Of a stretch of DNA of 64,000 nt, positions 38,001 through 48,800 are shown in pieces. Origin of the DNA: Takakia lepidozioides (Eukaryota; Plantae; Bryophyta); contig CM060731.1 in assembly GCA_030704615.1 (NCBI GenBank), forward strand, positions 34,348,001-34,412,000, written 5' to 3'. The translations under genes and the position numbers were made by a program. Numbering within the stretch: position 1 is the first letter of the stretch; the number at the start of each line of letters is the position of its first letter. Below the pieces are notes generated by a model, which saw only the letters and a list, made by a program, of their open reading frames with translations, was not told the origin of the DNA and made no database searches.

Positions 38001-38454
38001 CGTGGGTCGTCAACCTATGTCAATGAAGCAGGATGATCTGGCTTCATCTTGTCAATTTTAACCATATGCTTCCACCTTCTGAGCAACCTTTTGTGTTTTC
38101 CTGGCCAGGTTGATCAAGTGTTTTTTTTTCTGATTGTGTGAAGGAGCCGGGGTGGAAAGTCGTCCTGGAGAAGAGCCCCCGAGCACGTAGAGTGGTCTGC
38201 GACATATCATTGATAATGATGATGTGGCGGAAGTGAAAGGATTGTTAGCCCCACAAAGACTAGAGAACCTGGTACTGATGGCCCAACTGCAGCCGAGCGG
38301 TACCGGTTACTCCAGAGCAGGTGGCCTCCTTGTACCTCCGAGCACCCCGTATACGTGGTGATGATGTTCAGCCAACCCTTGGACAAAATCAATCTGTGAT
38401 GAAGACAGTGATACATGTAGTGACCCAGACATAGATGAGGATGATGAAGATTAG
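35009..38454 (+). pseudogene. CACTA transposase (TnpD) of CACTA-2, degenerate
   Basis: IHACERGCVLFRGEY, LRHFPVIPRL, WSIHDYPAYG, GMKSHDYH, RWMYPMER, DUF4216-like IREILQIDYG..VFLCSWV. Many frameshifts; N-terminus appears deleted; intron at the same position as in CACTA-1 (LPHWE|, acceptor ~36476). Confidence 0.92.
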
Positions 38455-38639
38455 ATTGCTAGATTTGTGCACTCCAGTTATAGACCATGCATGATAGTTT
38501 AAGGTGGTACACTCCCTTCGCATTCCCATTAAGATATCATGCTTGGACACTGGATTTTATGATCAATTATGGAGTGCTTTCCTTTCAGCACACCTTTATT
38601 TCATTTGTTGTTGCAATTGGCTTTGGACCAACCCGTGCT

Positions 38640-40405
38640 GGTACCATTGCCATGGGTTCTACCTGCAATGTTTTTTGCCATGGATTCGGCACATGCCACG
38701 AAAGGCCACATCCAGACCATCCTCTGGAAATGCTCCAATGTTGTTTCAAAACATCTCCACATGCAATGGATACAACACTGTCATTAGATGAGTGAAAGTG
38801 AGACTAGACCTCCAGCCAGCCGGCTTTCCCACATCAAATTGAGGGGATCTGTAGATTATAGATAACGGCTGTTGCCTTCTCATGTCTTTTTCCAATCACC
38901 TCTGCAATGAACTGGGGGTATAAGATCCTTCAAATCACAAGTTTGAGCATCACGCACAAGCCACTTACGGGGATAGAGTTTCCAATGCGAACCATTGGTC
39001 TTTTATTGATAGCATTGTTGTAAAATATATGGACCACATGGTCAATTTCGGGAATGACATATAGTACGCTTTCATGTACTATGTAAGCATGCAACTATGT
39101 ACCAGTGACGTGGCTTGTTCGCCAGTTAACCTGTTTGCCCATTCAACCATCTCCACATTGTCATGGATTTTGCATGCTGGATTGTGAGGCCATCCACACC
39201 GTCCTCTGGAAATGCTATCATGGGGTTTCCCAGCTAGTCTCACATTTCCCTGGATTATGCCTGCACGAAGCAAGGCCAACTGCATTCAGCACCCTCCACT
39301 TTATTATAGTATTGCAACAACATTCAAAGCACTTCAATTTGTATCCATCGAAACATCTAGGCTGGAAAAAGACATTGTTGCAGCAGAACTTAGGAAAATA
39401 CTTCTCCCCTTCCACTACAACGTGAAATGAAAGAAGCCAACCAACAGCATATACCAGCCAAGAAAATATGAAACCAGCCAAGAAAAGAGCCAATATATGC
39501 ATTGAAGGTCGACACTAAATGAAACTTATCCAACACTTACATTAGAGGAGGAAGCTAAGTCTTACCTCCATAAGCTTGCCCACATCAAATTTGGGAGCTT
39601 TCAGAATTTTTCCTTTCCGGTTGAATGAACTTGGCTACAAGATCTTTCAAATCACAAGTTTGAGCTTCACACACACAATGAACTTACAGGGATTGAGCTT
39701 CCAATGCGAACCAGAAGTCTTATATTGATAGCATTGTTGTAAAACACCTGGACAACAATGACAGTCTCTGGAATGACATATAGTACAGTTCTTAGTATGT
39801 CGCACACACTAACTATTACCAGTGACGTGGCTTTCTTGCCACTTTTGCCTCCTTGGCCCATTCAGCCATCTTCCACATTGCCACAGATACTCTGCATGCC
39901 ACCACGCAAGGCCATCCCACCCATCCTCTGGAAATGCTATAATCAGCCATCTCCACATTGCAATGGATTATGTCCGCACCAAGCAAGGCCAACTGATTCA
40001 AAACAGCCTCCACTTTATTATGGTATTGCACGCAACATTGAAAGCACTTCAATTAATATCCAACAAGAACATGTAGGCTGGAAAACAAAAATTATTGCAG
40101 CAGAACTTACGTTCGTACTCCTCCCCTTCCACTACACACGGGCAATTTAACCCCTGGTACCTCAACATGCTCCCCTTCAAGCTCTTCCAACTCACCAACA
40201 TGTCGCTCTATCTTTGCTCCCACCTCCTCACTGTATGTGATCCCCATGAAAAGCAGCCAAGCAACAGATACCAGCCAAGAAAACAGCCAATGTATGCAGT
40301 GAACGTCGACACTAAACTGAAACTTTCCAGCACTTAAATTAGAGGAGGGAAGCGAGTTCTACTCCATAAGCTTGCCCACATCAACTCTGGGAGCTTTCAT
40401 AATAT
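38640..40405 (-). pseudogene. RPS3a: Tandemly amplified chimeric cargo: 40S ribosomal protein S3a (eS1) C-terminal exons + PPR E-domain fragments
   Basis: Minus-strand pieces: RDAQTCDLKDLI..FIAEVIGK..EKATAVIY (38830-38960); EAQTCDLKDLVAKFI/KILKAPKFDVGKLME|gtaag (39566-39670); HGD/YSEEVGAKIER (40148-40250). Interleaved ALLGA.IIHCNVEMA / WMAL..ACR..GNVEMAEW motifs. Confidence 0.8.
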
Positions 40406-40919
40406 TTACTTTGTGGATGAAGGTGTTTTGTATAGGATACATACTGGCTGATAGGTGGTCATCATGGTACTCCAAGACACCACATCTTGTTCAGCCATGT
40501 TGTTGAACAGTACTCCCTTTGCATCCTTGCTACACCTACATTTGGCATACATATTGTCCACCAGGGGAGTGTTCAGAATGACATCTGATACATTTGTAGC
40601 TTTGACGATGCAACCATGGACCTTTTGCCCTTTTCCAGGGCTGCCAGGCTTGCACACGCATTGCAAACACACACACACACGTTATGTGGTCGGGCTTCAG
40701 TACCCCTTCCCTCATAATTTGCTCATAGGTCTCCAAAGCCTCCATCCCACACCCCTGCTGTGCATACCCTGCAAACATTGCACTCCATGACACCACATCT
40801 CGTTCAGCCATAGTGTTGAACACTCCCTTTGCATCCTTGATGCACCCACATTTGACATACATGTCCACCCAGGCAGGGGCAGTGTTCAAAATGACATCTG
40901 TAATCTGACAGGCATTCAC
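40406..40919 (-). pseudogene. Captured PLS-class PPR fragments
   Basis: VDMYVKCGCIKDAKGVFNTMAERDVVSWSAMFAGYAQQGCGMEALETYEQIMREGVLKPDHIT and a second [24 protein letters not shown] repeat. Another DVVSWNATIAGYA piece lies at ~41980-42055. Confidence 0.88.
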
Positions 40920-41815
40920 ATTTTTGCCTCGGTTGTCCCACCATTGACTGGGGTCAGAAAAGTATTCATTCCATAGCTTCTCCTCATCTCTGTTACCTCT
41001 TTTGGATACTTTCCTGTTGTCACATTGGCAGTATCATGTCAAAGTCACTCCAAACTATCCCAGGTTCACTCAACCAACTAACTTGCAGAATTCAACATGA
41101 AAATTAGGGCCGATTCTGATAATAGGGAAAAACAGGTGAAATGTGTCGAAAAAGTGCCTTCATTAGCAGACCATTTTCTCATTAGCAGATTTCTTGTAGC
41201 TATTGATCCACAGGGAATCAGAAGTAATCTTGTGTTTGAAATCTGGCCCTCTTGGATGAACCTGGACCTTTATCCCTGGTCCTTCAGCTATCCCTGTCTG
41301 TGTACAAATCATGAATACTTGCTGCTAGCAGCTGACACTGACGCCGTGAAGTTTCTTCCAGCAAACCCCAACCCTAATTATTACAGTAGTTCTAATTCTA
41401 AATTGCATCTACTTCTCTCTAGTGTAGTCCAACATGCACTCACCTTTTTGTCTCCATTGTCCCGCCATTGACTGGGGTCGGAAAAGTGTTCATTCCAAAG
41501 CTTCTCCTCATCTCCGTTACCTGTTTTTGGATACTTTCATGCTGCCACATCAGCAACAACTTGTCAAAGTCACTCTAAACAACCACAAATCCACCAACGA
41601 GCTAATTTACAAAATTCAATATGCATCTCAGGGCCGAGTCTGATGAGAGGGCAAAACAGGCTGAAATAGGTTGAAGAAGAAGGTATCATCACCACATTGT
41701 CCTTTACCTTGTGTCATGACCCATGGAGGATTTGACCGACCATCAACCCAAAAGGACGAGGACCTCTTGTGTGTGCTGCTTGTATCTGTAGTCAGGTAAT
41801 GTCGGATTGGTATGT
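40920..41815 (-). pseudogene. Captured OSB (organellar ssDNA-binding protein) PDF-motif exons with introns
   Basis: EEKLWNEHFSDPSQWRDNGDKK|intron 41443-41262|VHPRGPDFKHKITSDSLWIN. Upstream NPTLPDYRYK...WVDGRSNPPWV|gtaaag. A duplicate of the first exon lies at ~40925-41050. Confidence 0.8.
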
Positions 41816-42304
41816 GAGATCGAACCACCACGGTGCAGCTGAGCAGGCAGAGATTGAAACACGGCTTGCTAAGACCAAGCTGACTCTCCCAAGAACGGCG
41901 AGCTCGCAAGAATGTCGGGATCTTCTCCTCGTCTCCTCTCTTCCTCCTCTTCTCCTTCCTGCAACATTTGCTCAAGAGTAGGAAGGTCTGCAAAGCCTCC
42001 ATCTCACGCCCCTGCATATCCTGCGATCGTCGCGTTCCATGACACAACATCAAATAGATGGTGAAACGCAGGAGACAAAAAAGCCTAAGTCCCAGCCCGG
42101 TGTAAAGTTTCGGCGGTGTAATTTCAAAACCGTTAGATCTTAAACAATCTAGACCGTTAGATCCTATAAATCTAACGATTCAAAATAATTTCCATCACAT
42201 GATCTAACCTTGTACAACCATGACCATTGCATATTTAATCTCATATCTTGCGATGTTTGTTAAGCCACGTCCATCCAAGTCCAATTTATTGAACATATAT
42301 CAAA

Positions 42305-42550
42305 TCGACACACCGTATAGGCGGATGGATGAACCCATCCATTGGATGAATTCATTAATGTATATGCTTTTTAAATGACACGTATAGTGATGTAGTCATA
42401 TATATAGAGTTATGAAACAATTTGCAGTAAGGGACTCATAAATATACACGCCATGTCATCGATGGATAAACTCATCCAATGGATGAATACATTCGTGTAT
42501 GTGCTTTCAAAATGACACGTGTAGGGATGTAGTCGTATAAATAGAGCTGT
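42305..42550 (+). repeat. Two imperfect direct repeats (~137-bp period) in the right subterminal region of CACTA-2
   Basis: gatggat(g/a)aac(c/t)catcca(t/a)tggatgaat...aaatgacacgt...gatgtagtc occurs twice. Confidence 0.75.
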
Positions 42551-42826
42551 AAAACCATCTTCAGTCATGGAGTCACAAGATTCCATGAAACGTCGTCCAC
42601 GTGTAGTCAAACATATCACACTAGTCATAAAACCATCCCTATCATCATGGTCAACAATGTTTGACCAATGCTCCCTAACTTTCCGGAGTCATGTAGTGAT
42701 ATTTATTATTACAAAGTGATAAAACTATGACTGCAACGCATTTCAGCGCTCTGTAGTCGTATACCTAGTGCCGTTTTTATGATTCCGCCAAATCCGTAGT
42801 CCTAAAAATGCTCATCTCTTGTAGTG

Positions 42827-44600
42827 TATCCATTGCGGGTCGGGCTTTGGTTGCTAACCAGGTTTTATCTGCTTCTATTTGGTTCACAACCTCGGTTTGG
42901 GATCCAGGTAAATGCATACTCAAATACATTAAAGCCTCGACCCGTAATTTTCTTTGGGGTGCTCTGGATACAACAACCTCCAAGCGGGCTCTGATTTCCC
43001 GGTCTCAACTATGTCTAAAGAAAAACGAAGGAGGGCTTGGTATTCCAGATCTGGGAAAAGAGATTGATGCGCTTCTCGTAAAATGGATCCCCCGTTCTTT
43101 TATGCCTTCCGCTGGTCCCTGGAAATTTTTGCTTTGGAATAACATGCTTAGTTCAGTTCCTTCCTCCAGCCCTGCTTGAAGGCCTAGTTTGCGATGGTTG
43201 TTCCAAGGAGGATCTAGGAATCATAAATAGATGGGGGGCAGTGGGGCTTGGCATGCTTGGATACGCTTGCGAGAATATCTGTACCAGAAACCTCCCAATT
43301 CCTGGGATGAAGCAGTCCGTCAACCCATCTTCGGGAATTTACAACTAGACAACGAGGAGTTGGCCTCTTGTACTGCTAAATGGGCCGTATGGGAGCGTGC
43401 CGGGATCTCCCTTGTAAGTGATGTGTGGACAGGTAAGGACTTGCTTCCTCGGGACAGTTGGGCAGGTAAATTACATCCATTAACTCTTAGCCGGTAATTT
43501 CGGATGCAGTTAACTTGAGATGGTCCCCTCTTCTCTCCTCTGGTCGTGAACAATGGCTTCCCCTGGCTTGGCAGGGTTGTTTGGGGGGCAACCCAGCCAG
43601 CATTATTTATGTCACGACAGTTCTTAAAAGAGCTGCCAACAGTATTGGTTACACTGCCCACTCGGATGGTTCCCTTGTGTCTCTGGGTTTAATTTCATGC
43701 CATGCTGGTTCCACCTTTGCTGTTAGGATCATTGACTCTCAGGGTGCTTCCAACCCGAATTGCAATGGAGTTGGTACTTTGCTCCAATGGGGACAAGCGA
43801 TTTCTGTGTTCTGGTTTCTTATGCTCCCAATATCTCAGCTCCAATGTGATCCCGGGTAATGGGCTTGGTGTATTCAGGATACCACAACCATTTTTTGCTT
43901 ACTCGGCAAAAATAGGTTATAAGATGTAACGCAACGCCTTCTCCATCTCTGCTAGACTTTCAGCCAAGTGGGCGCCAATGGTTGTCTCTGTAAGGGCCTG
44001 GAAATTTATTTGGAAGGATGTTTGGCTGAAGCAGAGGTCTGCTAAGACCTCGGCCTTCCTGTGGAAACTTTGTAACATGATTCTACCTCTTTCCTTCTCC
44101 CAACCTGCTCCTAACGAAGTGTGCAGGTCATGTTCTTTGGGGCAAAGTGAATCCTTTCTTCACTACTTTTTGAACTGCCCTTTTGCGGCAACCATTTGGT
44201 CCAAGGTTCATAGCTTGTACAGGAACTGGCGAGATTTTGATTACAGGGATCCTCTTATTATGTTGCTCAATATCTCTGCCGATGTTCCCTGGCAATCTTG
44301 TCAGGTTTGGAATACTCTAAGAGGTCTGGGGCTCTGGCATATCTGGAAGGCACGCTGTGCTTTGATATTTGATAGCAAGCCTGTAATGTTAAAACTACTA
44401 TGGCAAATCTTTTCCTTGACTTACTGATAGAAGGTCGCAAAATGTGGGGGGTCCTGTTGGGTACAGTATGCAGATGCTCTGAGGAGCAGGAGGCTGTCCT
44501 TCTCTCCAAATTTGATGCCGAATGGGGGCTTTTTGGATTACTTTGCAAACGAGAAGGAGAGCGAGTTTGTTGGTCATCCCGAACTCCAGTCAACTGGTGA
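42827..44600 (+). pseudogene. LINE ORF2 3' part (post-RT region and zf-RVT zinc knuckle)
   Basis: RNFLWG, LCLKKNEGGLGIPDL, AFLWKL, CRSC...ESFLHYFLNCPFAATIW, WHIWKARC. Confidence 0.9.
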
Positions 44601-45848
44601 CTCCCCCAATCACTGGGCCTCACCGGCGGAAGTTGAAGAACGGGACATCAATTGGTGTCATAGGAAGAATAGAGGCTCAAAGATCTGTGCTCATTTGAAC
44701 TTTGAGCCCCTCAGAGCCAAATGTTGAGTATGATTCTGGTGCTCTGGCTTCTGGCTCGGCAGTAGGTTCCTGCAACTGTTTGGTGTTTTTCGACTTCCTT
44801 TTTTCTGTTGCATGGTAGCCCTGCCAGTGTGATAGATTGTTTTTGACAGATGCAATGCACCTCTTATGTTGGTTAAATCTTAGGCTCTTCTATGTTCTTG
44901 CTGCTCAATCCTCTGAGCCAGGTCTTCTCTTCTTCTCATAGACTGAATCTTTTTCCCCTAATTGTTCTCAGACTGCACTCTGGCAGTGCTTGGGTTTTAG
45001 CATTAGCTGCTCTTCCATAGTTTCGTGATCCCTCTAGAACATGGCTTCCTGATCTCTCAGGGTTCCAGCATGGCTATGAATTAAGCTTGGCCTGGTTGGC
45101 TGGTTTGGGTGGTACCCGATCTATCCATAGATGTAAGCCTTATGGCCTCCTGTCCCGGTTATTTTTTCCAAGATATCTTTCTAATATGAATCACACGGCT
45201 TCTTCCCCTTTAATTTTTAATTTTTTTTAATACCAGTCCAGTATCTTCCAGGGCCACTTTCCCCTGTTCTCTTTTTAAAAAAAAAGTCTGAAATTGTGAA
45301 ATTAATGTAATACCAGGACCTGCCATGTCTCAAATTTAGTCCATACTTCAATACCAGTACCAGTCTGGTATGTCATCCATGTCTGGCACGTCATTCATCC
45401 ATCATCCTTTACGAGTACCAGTCTGGTTTGTCTGGTTGGAAGGATAGGGCGGGCCCGCAGGGGAGAAAGCCTGACCGGCAAGTACCGGTGGTTTCTGTTT
45501 CCGAGACCGGTAATGACCGGCGTGGAGCGTGTTCCCGCATATTGTGACCGGCAATGCGTCTCTCTCCAGATTCTCGCTGGACAGATTCAACCACGGATTC
45601 TGACAGAGAGAGAGAGATTCAGTGAGAGATTCAGCGGTGGTTCGGGTGAAGTAGAAGTGGTGTGTGGTGTGATTGGAGGTGTCCATGAGGCCATCAGATT
45701 GTTGATTGTGGAAACCGGTCGGATTAAAGAGCAAGTGTGGAGTTATGAGATGGGACTGGACCATGAAACAGTGAGCTAATCGAGCAGTGGGCAGTATTGG
45801 ATCTTTTTGTAGCTGAGGTGTTGATGTTTTAAATCAGAGTGATATAGG

Positions 45849-48800
45849 ATGATGGAGGAGGAGAGCTACAGGACACCTTTGCTAGTTCATCAGTCTTCCG
45901 GTTGCAATGGCGGGTCACATGCAGCTGATTGCAGTGAATTTGATATCACGATTTCGACCGGTGTCAGTATCTCTAACTCGGAGGAAAAGGAAGTCGTAGG
46001 CACGCGGCCTTTGGAATTTTCAGGGGGCTGTGTTGGCAAAGACTCTCAAACCCAAGCCCATGGTCGTGGTGACTCCCCCCCGATGCAGCATGTGATCTCT
46101 TTCTTTGGAAACTCAGTTTCCTTAGAGCGCCCTCCCTCTGTGGATCCATTCAGGAACAAGACTCCCACTGTACGTGGACTGTATGAGTGGATCAAAACAG
46201 TTATTTTTTTACCAATTCTAGTGCTGAGGGTGCTGGCCACGGCATTAGTACTACTGGTTGGACTCATAGCCACAAAGATAGCTTTGGCAGGGTGGCAGCA
46301 GAAGCAGGCACCATTGCCTCGATGGAGGCGGACGCTGATGGCTGTCACTCGATTCTGTGGTCGCTGTCTACTCTTCTGTTGGGGGTGAGTTCCTTGACCT
46401 GGGAATGGATGGATCACGGAAGGAAGGAATGAGGTCTATGAAAAGCCCAATGGGCTTATGGGACAAAGTAAAGCATACCAAACAAAACTGATGACTAAAT
46501 CCTTACATGAAAACTTAGGGTATTGGAAGGTAATCTTGATAGAGAGATAAATGAAGTCCATTGGGCTCAGCGTTAGACGAACAAGATGATATCCAAAAGC
46601 TCCTTCAAAGCAAAGGCCTTTATCATGGACAAGAACTCCCTGCTCTGAGAGGAAGAAAAGAAACTGTATAATGTCCACCGCCCAAGGGCATATGGGAGAG
46701 AGAGAGGAAAAGACGGAAAGAAAGAAAGCCCAAAGGGTCCAATGGACATAAGTAGAACAACACAGGAGCAGTCATACATCTAAGGAATCCTTGTACAAGC
46801 TGAGTTGAGAAACAGTGAGTCGAGTTTTGAATTCACGTTAGTTTTTGCGCATTGACTCTCTTCAAGTTTATTGGATGCTACCATTGCTTAATTTTTTTAA
46901 GTGTCCTTGTTGAATTGAATGGCTTTTGGGCTGTGGCAGATTCCATTGGATACGGCGCATAGGAAAGCCAGCACCTAGAGAAGTTGCCCCAATTGTGGTG
47001 TCCAACCATGTGTCGTTTGTAGACCCCATACTGTATTTCTATGAGTTCTTTCCAAGCATTGTAAGTTCCAAGTCCCATGAGAGCATATGTATGGTGGGCA
47101 CAATCATCCGTGCCATGCAGGTAGTGAATCATCTCCCTTTCCCCGTCTCTTTGTTCTTCCCCCCCACCTTCGGTCTATTTGTAACCATGTTTCAGAGCTC
47201 CTTGGTCCTCCCCTGTTGTAAAGAAACTTCAACATCATATTCTACTTTTCTATGTGATGGTGATTGTCTTGGGTTTGATAGAGTGGGGCTGTTTGTAATG
47301 ACAGGTCATCACTGTGGATAGATCATCCCCGGACTCAAGAAAGATTGCAGCCGTGGAAATTGAAGTACATCCCTCCACTTAGCTGATTGTGTCTTGTTGC
47401 TTTTACTGTAGCATTTATGATGTTGGGCTTGAACAAACGCATGAGATCATCAATTTGGTTTGTAAGATCACCACGAGGTCATGAACATCTTGCAAGTCCA
47501 ATCACTGTGTGAACAGGCCGTTTTTCAATCATGACCTTCATGACTATCAACTTCTTAAATCTTCTATTGAACATAGATTATCAATCGTTGTGGTGGTATG
47601 ATTGGCATCGTTGGTGGGTTGCTTTCTGCTCTTGGGTATAATTCAAGTGCCTACGATCTAGAAGTTGCAAGTTTTGATTCATATGTATTTTGAAATTTGC
47701 ATCATGCGATGCCACGCACAATGCTGAAGAACTCAGGATTTTCTACGAAACTTTGGTAGGTAGAGGCAAATCCAGGCTTTTTAGCGTATGATTCAGATTT
47801 AGGTAGGTTAACCTCGCCACTTTTTACCCTTGTAAGTGGAGATCTTTTTTTTGGTCAAGAGGAAATCTCCAATGAGTCCCCTGTAGGATCTCCACTTTAA
47901 TGTTGTTGATCACAACTTTGAAAACACTCTTACAGCTCCTGCTTTATGTGTTTTTTCATTGAAGAATTTATGGAATCACCTCGACAATCTGCGAGATGCC
48001 ATTCTCAAGAAACCCCAATTGACATTGCCATTACCAATTTTGTGAGAAATACGATTGCGGAGGAAGCCAACTCTAGTTTGAGGTTGTCTATCATTTATCT
48101 GGCCATAAGATAGATTGGAAGTTGTAAGACACAGATTTCTGTGCAATGCGGACATATAAAGTGTGAGTGTTCTACGGTTTGCAAGCTTGTGCTTACACTC
48201 CCTGCCCTCCTTGGTGCTTCGATCGCCCCACTGCAGAGAAAGGCTGCTTGCCATGACTTCCCGCGGGTGCTGCTGTTTCCTGAGGGCACTACAACCAATG
48301 GCAGGGCACTTATTTCATTCAAATTGGGTGCATTTGTGCCTGGGTTTCCAATCCAGCCGGTGGTAGTGCGGTATCCCTTTGTGCACTTCGACATTTCCTG
48401 GTATGGCTTGTCGAGTAGCATTTTTTTTCTTTTTACCTTTCTGCCTTGGTCAAACCAGCACATGATTGTTCAGGGTCATCTTTTGTCATTTAGGCAATGA
48501 AGATGTGCCTTGCAGACAGAGTGCTGTGAAGCTGTTAGGTGTGCCCCTTCAAAATGAAGTCTACGGACGAATTCTCACTGTTTCTATGTGTTGTTCGTAT
48601 TGATGCAGGGGTGACATACCTTTAGTCAATCTGCTTTTTCGAATGCTGACACAGGTTACAAACTTTATAGAGGTGACTCCCTCTCTCTCTCCACCCTCCC
48701 CTTTGAGGCACTTCGACATTTGGAACCTTTTGATGTGGCTTTCTCTTCCCGCCCCCCCAAAGCCCTTTCTTAACACACGTGACTTTTGCTTGTACACCTG

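Larger units (their letters stand above)
28592..42826. mobile_element. Complete CACTA/EnSpm element 'CACTA-2' (14,235 bp) with captured host-gene fragments
   Basis: 29-bp TIRs CACTACAACAGATGAGCATTTTTATGACT / CACTACAAGAGATGAGCATTTTTAGGACT (2 mismatches); 3-bp TSD TAT (28589-28591, 42827-42829); removal restores the LINE frame. Confidence 0.97.
25280..45285 (+). mobile_element. L1-clade LINE, split by CACTA-2; 5' part cut off by Gypsy-A
   Basis: ORF2 pieces on both sides of CACTA-2 rejoin in frame (LARL|SIAGRALVANQVLSASIW). Open frame from the LTR junction at 25281 may be an ORF1 remnant. 3' end is uncertain (A-run at 45277-45285). Confidence 0.8.
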
